Of a stretch of DNA of 64,000 nucleotides, positions 1-14,459 are shown piece by piece. How positions within the stretch are numbered: position 1 is the stretch's first letter; every line of letters begins with the position of its first letter. The position numbers were made by a program, and so were the translations under genes. The DNA is from Octopus sinensis (lineage: Eukaryota): positions 109,368,001 through 109,432,000 of the forward strand of contig NC_043000.1 in the NCBI RefSeq assembly GCF_006345805.1, written 5' to 3'. Under the pieces are notes generated by a model that was not told where the DNA came from, searched no databases, and saw only the letters and a list, made by a program, of their open reading frames with translations.

Positions 1-544
1 ATTATAGAAAACACACGCGCACTCTAACATACACGTGTGTTGGGAGCATGGGGGAAGGTGTGAGCGGGTTTCTAAACAAGCTTATTCCTGAGACAAGTGT
101 CCTGATACTGCGATGATGTAAAACTAAGCTGAATGCTGATAGGAGTTTTCTCGTATATTTACTGATGAGAGTAATGATTTATATAGCATAAGCGCAAGAC
201 TAGGCAGGATGAACGAGAACTTGGTCTACTTCATTATTTTGCTAAACACTACCAGAATTTTCGACTGGCCTCAAATATAACAAACTACTCCAAATCGTTG
301 TTAGAGTAGCCACAAAAATGAAGCCAAGCCCGGCCAGTTTGTGTTTTGGCATCGAGTCCGTATAAGTTGTAATAGTGACCCCAATCAGACCAAACAGTAA
401 AGGGATCTTTTCAGTTTGGTTGCTAATTTTCAAAAATTCAGAGTTTATCGAACATTTTAAAATTTGGTATATTAATGTAGATTTCCAAGCTGAATCGCAG
501 GAGGTATTTCACTTTTTCCAGAATTAAAAAAAAAAAGTTATAGA

Positions 545-944
545 GGCGTAGGAGTGGCTGTGTAGTAAGTAGCTTGCTTACCAACCACATGGTTCTGAGT
601 TCAGTCCCACTGCCTGACACCTTGGGCAAGTGTCTTCTACTATAGCCTCGGGCCGACCAAAGCCTTGTGAGTGAAGAAGCCCGTCGTATGTATGTATGTA
701 TGTATGTATGTATATGTGTGTGTGTGTGTGTATGTGTTTGTGTGTCTGTGTTTGTCCCCCAACATCGCTTGACAACAGATGCTGGTGTGTTTACGTCCCC
801 GTAACTTAGCGGTTCAGCAAAAGAGACCGATGGAATAAGTACTAGGCTTACAAAGAATAAGTCCTGGGGTCGATTTGCTCGACTAAAGGTGGTGCTCCAG
901 CATGGCTGCAGTCAAATGACTGAAATAAGTAAAAGAGTAGAGTA
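545..944 (+). mobile_element. tRNA-derived SINE, family A (internal microsatellite), near full length
   Basis: Head GGCGTAGGAGTGGCTGTGTAGT (A-box-like) and GGTTCTGAGTTCAGTCCC (B-box-like), an internal (TATG)n/(TG)n tract and a 3' end ...GGTGCTCCAGCATGGCTGCAGTCAAATGACTGAAATAAGTAAAAGAGTA. Homologous to many other copies in the window. Confidence 0.9.
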
Positions 945-1294
945 GGTTTAAAGTTTGATTTTCACCCAATCAGAAAACAGGATTTAAAGGCTGTCATTCT
1001 GTGCGGGATGTATTATGAAACTGCAAATAAATCAACTGCTTTACGCACGACTTATAAACCTCTCATAATTTCTCTTTATTTTTCGGAATCTTCAGAAGAT
1101 TTTTGCGAATTTATATTCTACACTCGGAAATTCATACGATTATGCAACAAAACGGTAAAAAAATTTGAGGGTTGCGTGATTTAAGTTGTTATTTTTAGCA
1201 CGTATCTCGAACAGAGAACAAGCAGCAGAACACAGCATCGACATATTTTTAAATCATTCAATCTCATTTCAAAATATTACTATTTGATGCGTGT

Positions 1295-1432
1295 GTGTGT
1301 ATTTCCGTCCGTAAAATTCACCCACAATGCATTGGTTAACCCGGTACTTTGCCAAAGGCACCGAGCAGCGGGATTGAACCTGAAACCAAGTGGCTACAAA
1401 GCGAGCTTCTTACCCACTCAGCCATGCCTACA
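1295..1432 (-). mobile_element. Degenerate SINE family A head fragment
   Basis: GGATTGAACCTGAAACC...GCTTCTTACCCACTCAGCCATGCCTAC is the reverse complement of the family A head. Confidence 0.65.
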
Positions 1433-2009
1433 CCCATTGATGATATTCAAACAAAGCTTTGTAAACCACTCAGTGACGTATGGGGCCTCACAACGAGAAA
1501 ACTGAGAAATGGGAACAACTGAAGGGAATGCGTTAAAAAAACTGAAAACTGAAATGAATGGCGTTGGGCATTAGGGGCCAAAAAGCAATATTGGAGGCTT
1601 ATAGAGAAATGCTGGACACGGAAGCAGAGTGTTTCTATTCAAAAAGCAAATTTAATTTAGCTATGAGGGTGTTTCAAGGCTGAGTGACTGCAGATTCGGG
1701 GTCATATCTGTAAGACGTCGATGTGTGTGTGTGTGTGCGTGCGAATGCGTGTGTGTGTTGGAGTGTGTTCAGAGTAGTGGTGGTGGCGATGGAGCTAATG
1801 TTGGTAACCGCGGTTGTGTGTTAATGTGGCCCATGACAGTTATGGGGGAGAAAAAAAATAGGGAGCGAAGGAGAAAGAGAGAGAGAGAGGGGGGACGGAG
1901 GAGTCGGAGGAGCGGTCAGAGGATATGCTTCTGTTCTTGTTGCCCCAAAATCTCTTTTCGTTCGTTCACCTTCAATCACTCATTCACCCGTCGCCACCCC
2001 TTTTACGAT

Positions 2010-2335
2010 TCTCCACCACCACCACCACCACCTCCTCCACCTCCTCCTCCAACACTGCTGCCACCGCTTGCTCATCATCTTCATCACCTCCGCGACCAAC
2101 CATCAGTATGCATTACTCTCATCAACACCACCACCTCCAAAACCCTCACCATTTCCTCCAACCTCATCATCAACATCTCCCTCTCACTCTTCCTCCACGC
2201 ACACACAAACCTCACTATCAACACAGCAACAAGAACAGCAACAACAACAACAACAACAACAACGAGTTTCCCACACCTCCGAAGCTTACCACCAGCAGAA
2301 TGTGACCTTATTTCGAAAAGAAAAACAAACAAATC

Positions 2336-2394
<59 letters not shown>

Positions 2395-2634
2395 TGCGAC
2401 ATTATATATATATAGACATACATATGCAGAGAGATATATAATGTGTGCGTGTGTGCGTGTGTGTATGTGTGTGTGAAACAGGGGTGAGCAGAGGGAGGGG
2501 GGGTCATATAATAACTACGACAATTTTTTTTTTTCTGTAAAAAAAAAATATTCCTTCCAAATGTTAAAACCTTATTAACAACTGTCGATGGAAGAAGCAG
2601 CGACGATGATGCGGTGCGACATAATGAATAACCT

Positions 2635-2685
<51 letters not shown>

Positions 2686-2945
2686 AACAACTGCTACTGC
2701 TACTACTACTACTACAACAGCTACTACTACAACTGCTACTACTACTATTGTAAGTAGGAGGAGGCGGTGGAGTGTCTGTTTTAGCGATGGTGATAATTGT
2801 GATAATAGTAGTGTTAGTTTTTTTTGGTGTGGTTGTGGCGGTGACAGTAGCAAGGGGTTGTTTATTGGTGGTTTTGTAGTAGTGACGGTTGTGGTTGGTG
2901 GTAGTGGTGATGATGATGGGGATGTTGATAACAACAGCAGCAACT

Positions 2946-2978
<33 letters not shown>

Positions 2979-3272
2979 CAAGCAGAAGCAGCAGCAGCGG
3001 CGGCGGTGGTGGCGGTGGTGGTGGTGGTGGTGGTGGAGACGGTGACTATGGTGGATGTGGCGGCGGGGGGTGGGTTTAGCCCGCGTTAGTGATATTTGTG
3101 GTGTGGGAATTGCACAGTCGGTGTTACTCGTAGAACTGTGATAGAGATGAAGATGAGAGAAGTGGGAGGGGGAAAGAAGCAGAGAGCGGGGGGGGAGGCA
3201 GAGAAGTTTGATAGGTCGGCAGCGGGGTGTTAGGGATATGAGATAGGGCTCGGGTTTGGGAAAGTAATCTCT

Positions 3273-3304
<32 letters not shown>

Positions 3305-3430
3305 TTGGTGATGTTGTTGGTGGTGGTGGTGATGATGTTCATGATGACGGCTACGACGACGAAGATGATGATGAGAACGTTGATGATAATGGTAGTGGTG
3401 GTGGTGGTGGTGGTGGTGGTGGTGGCAGTG
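2010..3430. repeat. Compound di-/trinucleotide microsatellite field: (CCA)n, (AAC)n, (GT)n, (TAC)n, (TAG)n, (GGT)n, (GAT)n
   Basis: Seen directly; it accounts for the poly-T/V/P/M/S ORFs in the track. Confidence 0.95.
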
Positions 3431-3827
3431 GCGGTTGTAGTCAGAAGGAAGCTGAGCTGTGGGAAGAGTTTAAAGCTGGGGTAGGGGGGTGTTATTAGAA
3501 TTAGTATCGGTTGTATTAGTGAGAAAACGGAAAAAGAAAGCTGGGATGTTCTCTTTTATTATAAAGGAGGATAAAAGAAGGATTGAGAGAGAGAGAGAGA
3601 AAGAGGGAGAGGTACAGAGAGAGAGAGAGAGGTGGAGGTAGGGAAGGTGTAGAGAAATGGGTAGTCGGAGTATATTGAGAGAAGATAAGCAACAGTACAC
3701 AAGATTCACTGTCACACACACACACACACACACACACACAAATAAACGAACTTGCAAACGCGCACAAATGAACAAACGCACACACTCATATATACACGTA
3801 TAAATTCACACATACACACACACACAC

Positions 3828-3863
<36 letters not shown>

Positions 3864-5793
3864 ATATAAACACTGTCCGTCCGTTCTGCCACAAATTACA
3901 GCAGTGAACTAAAGCATTTTTACGTGCAAATTACGCACGCGAACGCACACAGTATGTGTACTGTGCACATCTTCATACACACCCACGTACACAATAAAGC
4001 ACATACATATACAATATTGAATATACTAAGTTCACTAAAAGCATCGGGTCACCTAGTGTATTTAGGGCACGTCCGCTTGACACATATGACCCCCCGCCAA
4101 CTCCTCCTCCGACCTATATTCAGTTTTAATCGGTTCTACAAACTAACTGAATTTTGTTGTATTTCGGGAAGTTCATTAAGCCAATAATAACACACGCATT
4201 GGTTCTATTTCACTTCTATAAATTATTCGTCAGTTGGTTAACTATTCAACCAATGGGCTAATCGTTGACTGATTAACCGTTCACTGAGATCAACAATGGC
4301 GACGAAAGGAATTTGACAAAGTGGTGTGACTGATTGGCCGAAAAATTAATCAAACTATCGATTAGTAAATTGGTCAAATGTAAACGGATTGATTAATAAT
4401 GGGTTAATTAGCATGTCACAGAATTGCCCCCAGAAGAAGCTTATTCAGACATTTCAATGGATCCAAGGGAGACGAGGTCTTTCACTTCTTTAGCACGCAT
4501 CAAAGAGAAAGTAAGACCACGGAAATCCTGCCTCCCGAAAACTACTGGATTCATGGCACTGATTGCAGCAGACTTATATAACTTTGAAGGAGAATGAAGT
4601 TCTGATATCACTTTGAAGTCGTTCGCAAACCTTCCCCGCTCGAATGATATTCATTGTGCAGGTTTGTTCACCAAACCAAGACACAATACCAACACCATCA
4701 CATTTTCTTTATAAGTCCCACGGCGTTAAAGACGAATACTCTACACCTGTATCTTGTTGAACCGCCATACGTCGAAGAAAGTAACCCACCAAAGTGAACT
4801 TGGAACAAATAATTGAACACGAGTTCTTCATTCATTTAGTATCGTTTTGAAGTGCTCCCAATCTTAGAAAGAGAAAGACTCTATCAGATCTAAAAATGCC
4901 CAAAACATACCGAATGGAATGATAATGCTCTTATGTTTCTATCAGGGTTCCAAACAAACTATTTAAGGAGATCAGCTTAACATATGACCCATTTAAACCA
5001 AAAAATGATTAAGGAGATCACTTGGCGACCATGGCTCCTTGGCCTCGTGTGTTCTCACTACATGGTGCCTTGAGTAAATTTCTTCTTCCTGGGTTGACCC
5101 ATGTTTTGTCAGTGCGACTGGGAAGATGAAAACTTACCATACATTGTATGACGCTGATTGTCCTTGAATGTTACAAGTACACAAATGTCTCCGGAATACT
5201 CAAGCACAGAACTGTCTGAATGACACGATTCAGCGAATATTATCTTAACCATTCTAAGTGGTGCGACCCGCTTCCCGTAAGCCTAGACTGTGTCAGCTTC
5301 AGACTGTAATACAATGAGTTGGTATTTTTTGACTGAACATCAATAAATCATCGTCGAAACTGATGGAGGATCCACTTAGTATTTAATTTATACGACTGTG
5401 TGTGCGTCAGTGAATGTGTTTCTGCATGGAAGCAGCGATGATATACATACGCTTCTTTGTGATCGTATGTCACTGTGTATGGGTAAGCATACAATTAGAC
5501 ATGACTGCGTGCGTGAAGGAGTTAACGAGTGTGCAAATGTAGGACTGTGGAAAAGGACACGACGTAATGTAGACATGATGATAAGCGAAGCTGGTTAGTG
5601 TGTACTTTGGTGTGTATGCGGATGTGCTGACGGACATGTATCTGTGAGGGAAATAGCTTTATACATGTATGTCTATAAGTATTGGACTCAAAAGTCACTT
5701 ACCGACTAAATTGGTGTCAAACAGCAAAATAAACGTAGTTTGGTTCTTTATTTTCCGTTTTACTCAAACACGCACATACGCATCTATACCCCA

Positions 5794-5828
<35 letters not shown>

Positions 5829-6435
5829 GTACTCACACATCCCAACTTACGTACCTTCCCTCTAAAACTCACACCCAATCCATCACTCTTCGCTCTCACA
5901 TTCTCACAAACTTGAGTAACTCCATTTGCACTCACAGATTCGCAAAAGTGTGAGAAGCAGCGACGGAGAGAACTGAGGAGAAGCAAAACGAAACAAACTC
6001 AAAAAGTAAAGCAGATTTCTTTAAAATCCATATACCTAATCCACGCATAGAAATGTGCGTATGTATGTATGTATGTATGTATGTATGTATGCGTGGTTTA
6101 TTCTCAAACACAAGCTATACACAACAGTACCAGTAATTGTGATGTAACGCTAATATTTCGATCAAGCGCCATTTTGGTGTTGTGTAGTCCATAGTTTGCA
6201 ACAATTTGTTAACATATTGGAAAGAGATAAGGGATAGAGACGGGGTCATTTTATTACTTGGGCCTATTTAGTGAAAGGGCAAAGAAGCGCCGTGCGTTTA
6301 TTTGATCTTCCATAATGGCAAAATCATTTTATAAGCAACCTGTACTTCTCCAAACGGAGTAAAGCTGAGCTACCGAAACATACACTTAAGAGAAACGGAA
6401 TATTGCGAAGTCATTAGTGAATTAAAGAGCTAGAT

Positions 6436-6466
<31 letters not shown>

Positions 6467-6815
6467 TGACATACATGGCTTCTTGATAAGTCTTTGTCCT
6501 TTATATTTTATAAGTCCCATGTCTACGTCTTCTTTGTTTCCAGTCTTCACCCCACTTTTAATTTACAGTCCCGCGTATTTCTGTTTGCAACAGTTGTCTT
6601 CATTTTCTTTTGGAGGAACACTGTCTTTTTGCAGATGAAGGATAATCTGCGAAATCTTTTTCAAGCACCGAAATCCTGAGGAATTCTGGAGCGAAAATTG
6701 GCTGAGGAAATGGATTTATCTGTGTCTGTATTTTGCCCTTCCGTGACATGTTGAACAACTTCTCTGAGCACTATTTTTAATTTTCATTTCTAGTGGACCC
6801 AGTCAGGTTTTTCAT

Positions 6816-6872
6816 TATCATCATCATCATCATCATCATCATCAGCATCATCAGCATCATCATCATCATCAT
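6816..6872. repeat. (CAT)n microsatellite
   Basis: Seen directly. Confidence 0.95.
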
Positions 6873-7308
6873 TGATCGTTATCGCCGTCGGCTTTGACCT
6901 CGTTGTCAACGTAACCATCACCGTCACCATCACCTCCACCAGCAATGCCACCACCCGTATAATAGAAATTCTCAGTATCTGCGTTGTATTCCTCTTTTCT
7001 ATTCGTACCCAGTTCTGGGTTTCAGAGATTCTGGGTAGCTTTCTTTTTTTCTGTTGCAAGGTTTTTTGTGGTATAATACGTGAGTGGAAAGTAGAAGGCC
7101 AAGCATACATACATGCAAATTTGCACATACACACGCACTGACACATATGCATAAACACACACACATATATACATGCATGCACACATACATGTATGCAAAT
7201 ATGTGAGTGTATGTATATGTCCCCGCCCTTTATTTCAATTAAGCTTTTCTCTTTGCACCTATATGTACGTATATATGTATGAATGTATATGTGCGCGCAC
7301 ACACACAC

Positions 7309-7361
<53 letters not shown>

Positions 7362-8085
7362 TATGTTCATACAGATTCGGTAAAGAGATGAAGTGAAAGA
7401 AAAGTTCTTTTATGTGGTTACGATATACGGAAAGCATCTAGTTATATTTCCATCAAAGAAAACGAATATATATATATATATATATATATGTTATATATAT
7501 ATGTATATATATATATATATATTATATATATATATATATATATTATAATATATATATGGATAGTAATTTTACAAATCCATGCCAAAAACGAAAATTTATT
7601 GGCATGGATTTTTAATAACATCTAACCTTGACTAGCGATTCTGCTAAACCTTTACGTGTGTTTGTAAATCTAGTTGGCACGCATACACGTACATTCGCAC
7701 AAGCATGCGCAAAAAAGCACCCGTCACACACACACATACACACACACAAACACACACACAAACACAAACACACAAATCTTACACTACAAACAACTCTTTT
7801 TCCTAAGAACGTTTGTTCAGCATTTTATAATTTAACACGGTAAAAGATGCACGTAAGATACATAAATACAAGCTCACTCGTGTGCAGTGTGTGTGTGTTT
7901 CAGCTTACAATAATTTATTCTGTAATGTTTCGTGCCCATGGACATTCTTCAGGTAGTGTTTGCGGCGATAATTTGGACTTTATCATAAATAAAGTATGTT
8001 ACCGACCCATTTCATTTAACTACGATCTGTGTAAACGCGATTCTAACCTACAAACTTGATAGATTATTCATTTAATATAACCCTT

Positions 8086-8141
<56 letters not shown>

Positions 8142-8171
8142 CATACATACATACACACACACACATCTATG

Positions 8172-8562
8172 CATCATCATCATAATCATCGTTTAACGTC
8201 GGTTTTTCTATGCTGGCATGGGTTGGACGGTTAGTCATGGAGCTAACCAGACTCCAATTGTGTGTTGTGACATGGTTTCTTAGGCTTGATGCGCTTCCTT
8301 GCCAACCACTTAACAGAGTGTGCTGGGTGCATTTCATGTGCCACCGGCATGGGGGGTGCTTTTTAAGTGACACCTAGTTTGATGCGTCTTATCAAGTACA
8401 GCAAATCGCCACATCCCATGGCTCCTTGTCATTTCTTCAGTGAGGTCAAACGTCCAAAGATATTTTCTCACCACTTTGTCCCACGTTTTCCTACTGGGTC
8501 TACCCCTTCCACAGGTCACCCCCACAATTAGAGCTCGGCACCTCTTTACACAGCTGTCCTCT
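8172..8562 (-). mobile_element. RTE-clade LINE 3' end, degenerate, with (GAT)n tail
   Basis: Minus ORF GVTCGRGRPSRKTWDKVVRKYLWTFDLTEEMTRSHGMWRFAVLDKT is homologous to the C-terminus of the 30826-31775 copy. Shares the tail CATCATCGTTTAACGTC. Confidence 0.85.
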
Positions 8563-8697
8563 TATATCTACACACATGCCCACATGTTTGTCTATCTATC
8601 TATCCATCCATCCATCCATCCATCCATCCATCCATCCATCTATCTATCTATCTATGTATCTATCTATCTTTCAAAATTCTGACTGCCTCCTTTTCTT

Positions 8698-8734
<37 letters not shown>

Positions 8735-9069
8735 GGGTGCGCACGCGCATCTGTATTATATATGCACACACATGAGAGAGAGAGATAGAGCCTGGGTGTG
8801 TGTCATGTGCAAGACAGTTGAATGCTCTGAGACAGTGTTCCATGCCGTGTGTGCCTGTATGTGTGTGTGTATGAGAGAGAGAGAGAGTTAGTGTGAGTGA
8901 GTGAGTGAGTGTGAGCCACTTCTGAACTCGTTAATTCTACATCTGTTTTATTGAAGAAAATCGTAAATTTCCCAAGTAGATAAAAATCCTTATTTATGTA
9001 TAACAACGCTCTCACAATTAAAACACACACTCATCTAAGATCACAAGTACACATACAACCATTCATACA

Positions 9070-12047
9070 CACACACACACACACACACGAATTACAAGAG
9101 GTGAGGAAAATATTCTACTAAATAAAATTAATGATGCTTTAATCGCAAACTGTTTTGTCTTCGCTTGTGCATTCTGGTTTTGTTTTAAGGGTTATTCCAA
9201 TCCATTAAGGACCCAAAATGTGATTTATTAGACATAGATCTACGCACCAGATATGCTCTTCATGTCACATTCTCTTGCGGTTTCTCAGAATACCATCCGT
9301 TTCCTTTTATCTCTATATCTGCATGAGCGTATGTGGAAAGAAGTGAGATTGTGTATGTCTGCGAGTGAAAGAGTTTTGTTTATCCGTGTGTATGCTTATT
9401 CTATTGCCATTGTGTATTTTTCGTTCCGAATAGTAAGAAGCAGCCCTTGACCGCACACACATGCACAATCATATTTCTGACTAACATCGAACTCGATTAT
9501 CATTGCTAAAACGATCATGCTTGCCCGCTAAATCTACAAGGTTTTTTTTATTCATTATCTCTCAGTTTATTTTCTCTTATTCCTTTCTGTTGAAGAGCGT
9601 AGGCCCGAAACACAAAAGACGGTTTACATTTTCCCGAGCGTCAAACTATTACACTTGCTTGTTGTTCATACAATGTCTTCGTCTTTTGTTTTCCTATAAA
9701 TTTCAACTATACACACACGCACATTATATATATACATAAACACACACACACGCACACACACAGTCTCTCACGCACATATATATATGGCACTATTTCATCG
9801 TGTGTGCGCGAATGCGTGCTTGTGTGTGTGTTCGCGCAGTGCTGGATTAACCCATTAAGCAAAATAATCACGTGCTTAGGGCATCAAGGGACGGGGGAAC
9901 CACAGAAATGAAAATGGTTTACGGCACAAAAGAAATCACTTTAAACTTGCTAAAGTAATATTCATAATGCCTTATCTCTAAGTATAGAAGCTGAAGTTTT
10001 ACATAAATTAATTTTAACGATAGTACCGAACATTTTGCAATTAAAAAAATTCGGAGAAAACCTTTCAAATATAAATAAAATTGAAGCACATCACTGGATC
10101 TGTAAAAATCTGTAAAACTTCCAGAAGTTTATGTAACTATATACATGAGAATACATAAAACATACAAATTTGCACATACATACATACATGCATGCATGCA
10201 TGCATGCATACATACATACATGCATGCATACATACATGCATACATACATAATGCATATATACATACATACACACATACATACACACACATACATACACAC
10301 ACACATACATACATACATGCATGCTTACATACATACATACATACATGCATACATACATACATATATGCATGCATACATGCATACATACACACGTACACAC
10401 ATACACACAAATAAAAATACTCTGTTGTTGATGTTGAAATTCCAATGAAGGAGCCTTAGATCTAGGTTAGAAACCGGTTCTTTCTCTATTGGCAAGAAAT
10501 CTTGAAATAAAACCAAATAATGACATACGTACATACATACATACATGCATACCACACACACACACGAATTACAGAGGTGAGGAAAATATTCTACTAATAA
10601 AATTAATGATGCTTTATCGCAAACTGTTTTGTCTTCGCTTGTGCATTCTGGTTTTTTTTTAAGGGTTATTCCAATCCATTAAGGACCCAAAATGTGATTT
10701 ATTAGACATAGATCTACGCACCAGATATGCTCTTCATGTCACATTCTCTTGCGGTTTCTCAGAATACCATCCGTTTCCTTTTATCTCTATATCTGCATGA
10801 GCGTATGTGGAAAGAAGTGAGATTGTGTATGTCTGCGAGTGAAAGAGTTTTGTTTATCCGTGTGTATGCTTATTCTATTGCCATTGTGTATTTTTCGTTC
10901 CGAATAGTAAGAAGCAGCCCTTGACCGCACACACATGCACAATCATATTTCTGACTAAACATCGAACTCGATTATCAATTGCTAAAACGATCATGCTTGC
11001 CCGCTAAATCTACAAGGTTTTTTTTATTCATTATCTCTCAGTTTATTTTCTCTTATTCCTTTCTGTTGAAGAGCGTAGGCCCGAAACACAAAAGACGGTT
11101 TACATTTTCCCGAGCGTCAAACTATTACACTTGCTTGTTGTTCATACACATGTCTTCGTCTTTTGTTTTCCTATAAATTTCAACTATACACACACGCACA
11201 TATATATATATACATAAACACACACACACGCACACACACAGTCTCTCACGCACATATATATGGCACTATTTCATCGTGTGTGCGCGAATGCGTGCTTGTG
11301 TGTGTGTGTTCGCGCAGTGCTGGATTAACCCATTAAGCAAAATAATCACGTGCTTAGGGCATCAAGGGACGGGGGAACCACAGAAATGAAAATGGTTTAC
11401 GGCACAAAAGAAATCACTTTAAACTTGCTAAAGTAATATTCATAATGCCTTATCTCTAAGTATAGAAGCTGAAGTTTTACATAAAATTAATTTTAACGAT
11501 AGTACCGAACATTTTGCAATTAAAAAAATTCGGAGAAAACCTTTCAAATATAAATAAAATTGAAGCACATCACTGGATCTGTAAAAATCTGTAAAACTTT
11601 CCAGAAGTTTATGTAACTATATACATGAGAATACATAAAACATACAAATTTGCACATACATACATACATGCATGCATGCATGCATGCATACATACATACA
11701 TGCATGCATACATACATGCATACATACATACATGCATATATACATACATACACACATACATACACACATACATACACACACACATACATACATACATGCA
11801 TGCTTACATACATACATACATACATGCATACATACATACATATATGCATGCATACATGCATACATACACACGTACACACATACACACAAATAAAAATACT
11901 CTGTTGTTGATGTTGAAATTCCAATGAAGGAGCCTTAGATCTAGGTTAGAAACCGGTTCTTTCTCTATTGGCAAGAAATCTTGAAATAAAACCAAATAAT
12001 GACATACGTACATACATACATACATGCATACACACACACACACACAC
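9070..12047 (+). repeat. Tandem duplication, 2 x ~1.48 kb, bounded by (CA)n tracts
   Basis: 9088 aligns to 10565 (offset ~1477). The same ORF appears at 9253 and 10727. Differences are mostly 1-bp indels and microsatellite length. Confidence 0.95.
9560..9715 (+). mobile_element. Penelope-like terminal fragment, 'GAGCGTAGGCTCGAAAC' family (duplicated at ~11040-11195)
   Basis: CTTTCTGTTGAAGAGCGTAGGCCCGAAAC...GTCTTCGTCTTTTG is homologous to 47480-47620, 47740-47860 and 48470-48600. PLE assignment is inferred from the HHR-like motif. Confidence 0.55.
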
Positions 12048-12181
12048 GCACATGCACAATCATGAATTAAAAATTTAAAATCTATGTCCAGGCAAGGATT
12101 TTTCCAAAAAACTCGACATCCAACACGGTTTGCAAGCGATGGTGGACAAGCACAATGACACGCACGCAATCACGTGCATAT

Positions 12182-12342
12182 ACGAAGGGCTTCCCTGCAG
12201 TTTCCGCTATCTAAATTCACTCACGAGCTGTTGGTTGCCTCGAGGCTATAGTGGATCACTTGTTTACGGAGCCGCACAGTGGGACTGAACCCGAAACCAC
12301 GTGCTTGCGAAGTAAGCTTCTTAACCACATAGCCAAGCCTGA
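12182..12342 (-). mobile_element. SINE family A 5' half
   Basis: GTGGGACTGAACCCGAAACCACGTG...CTTCTTAACCACATAGCC is the reverse complement of the head. Confidence 0.8.
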
Positions 12343-12421
12343 ATGTGTGTGTGAGAGAGAGAGAGAGAGGGAGAGAGAGGGAAAGAGAGGGAGAGAGCGT
12401 ATGTTATGAGTGAGAGTATAT

Positions 12422-12656
12422 ATTTCTTTACTACCCACAAGGGGCTAAACATAGAGGGGACAAACAAGGACAGACAAATGGATTAAGTCGATTATATAGA
12501 CCCCAGTGCGAAACTGGTACTTAATTTATCGACCCTGAAAGGATGAAAGGCAAAGTCGACCTCGGCGGAATTTGAACTCAGAACGTAACGGCAGACGAAA
12601 TACGGCTAAGCATTTCGCCCGGCGTGCTAACGTTTCTGCCAGCTCACCGCCTTTAC
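12422..12656 (-). mobile_element. tRNA-derived SINE, family B, full length with 14-bp TSD
   Basis: Head GGCGGTGAGCTGGCAGAAACGTTAGC...GAGTTCAAATTCC and central GAGGTCGACTTTGCCTTTCATCCTTTC...GATAAATTAAGTACCAG, which resembles the Nin/Sauria-type SINE domain as I recall it. Direct repeat GAGTGAGAGTATAT at 12408-12421 and 12657-12670. Confidence 0.9.
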
Positions 12657-14416
12657 GAGTGAGAGTATATGTGCGAAACTATAGTTGCTTATGCGTGTGT
12701 GTGTGTGAGAGAGAGGGGAGGGAGAGGAGGAAGAGAGAGAGAGAGAGAATCATTGTGTAGCTAATGGCAATTATAGATCGATTGTATATAAATTCCAATT
12801 TATTATATTGATTCTGTCTATTGTTGGTGCAAAATGTAAATTCAAAATATTATTTCCAACGATCCTGAAACATCGAAACAGATGTTCCATCGCAATTATT
12901 TTGCTTTTGCTAAAATAAAAAAAAAATGAATAAAGATGAGAATATAAAAATCAAAAATAAAAAAAAACAAATAGTGCATATTGATTCATCCTTGGCTGCT
13001 GACTACGTTTCTTATAAATGGTATCGGTTCCCAACGTGTTGTGAGCAGATCCCTAAGGATTAAATGGGGTCCGCAATAGAGGAAACGTTGGGAATCCGAG
13101 GAAAGTGGAAAATTTTGAAGAGGCTGCAGTGTAAAATGTGTATTATTACTCACGATAAGTGCTCATGGCTGCCGTCGAAGCTCTCTGACTGGCTACACTC
13201 ATGGGGCTTAGGTTCATTTTAAGCATCTGTAAGTCGACGTCTGTAGAGAGAAAAAGTTAGTGGGAAGGGATTTTGAGAGGGTTGATCATTATGGAAAGAA
13301 AGGATTAGGTGAAGTGGCACAGTTAGTATGGGAGGTGGGGGGCCGGCAGCGTGTGAGGGTGGGGTGGGGCACAGTTTGATGACGAGAAGAAACGGATGTA
13401 TTGGAACATCCAACTTAGTTTCAAAGAATAAAAGTTGGTAAAATAATGAAAGAATAGTGGAGAGACGAAAAAGTGATTGTGTGAAAGAGAGAGCTTGGGA
13501 GGGGAGACTATTTTTAAACCCCACCACCACCACTAAAGCCCTTTTTTTCTTTTTGGCAACCACGGGGGAAAGCAAGGCTCATGACCCTTTAGATGTCTGA
13601 TAAGGGGGAAGGGAATCCTGCCCCGAATGCTTGCAATAGAATGAAATCCGTTAAAAGGAGTGGGAGGGGTGGTGAATGGTTTTGAGTCTACGTCTCAAGG
13701 AAAAATAAGAATAAATAAATAAAAAAGCTAGTATTACAATGTAGCTTCCAAGCAAGAGATTGAACGTTCGAATTTATGGAAACTACCATCTAGTCCTCCG
13801 ACGTCTGAAATATAATAGTCAAATCTTCCTCAAAATCGTACCCGAACGATGCAACAAAGAAGGATATTTTGGATAATTAAATTCTCAATATATGTATATG
13901 GTGTGTGTATGTGTGTGTGTGTGTGTGAGAGAGAGTGTGCGTATGTGTGTGTGTATGTGTTTACTAAAATCAATACTACTTGAAGAAGGTTGCGGAAAGG
14001 CCGTAATCCTATGGAACCCCATGCTTAAATAAACACACCTTCACCTCTCATACCTCCTGACATTATGCTTACACCGGTCAGTTCATTGAAGGCTGACCTC
14101 GGCCGAAGCAACTCCAACCCTAACAGCAACTGTTTGGGAGCTTGTGCCATACGCCAAAGCAAAGCAGTCGATGCAAACAAAGCGAAGCCATATTTCAACC
14201 TCAGGACACGGGGCATATGACGGCCATTTGTAAGCGCATGCACACATACATAGATATACAGACACGCACACACATATCATGTTCATCTGTGTATAAAGGT
14301 GTGTGTATATATATGCATGCATACATACGTCTAATAAAGACAGTCAGTACACTTACGTGAACAGCCGGCCACCGAATTTCTGTCAACCATCTGGGAGCAA
14401 GTTATCAAGTTTAATT

Positions 14417-14455
<39 letters not shown>

Positions 14456-14459
<4 letters not shown>

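Noticed and set aside
242-433. 63-aa hydrophobic minus-strand ORF
   Set aside because: No recognisable motif or convincing splice sites. It is compatible with chance in AT-rich DNA.
4850-5200. Possible ancient RTE remnant on plus (GFQTNYLRR, RPWLLGLV)
   Set aside because: Only faint resemblance to RTE motifs; too decayed to support without an alignment.
14025-14273. GC-richer block with short ORFs, possible exon
   Set aside because: No recognisable protein in any frame and no clear acceptor/donor pair.
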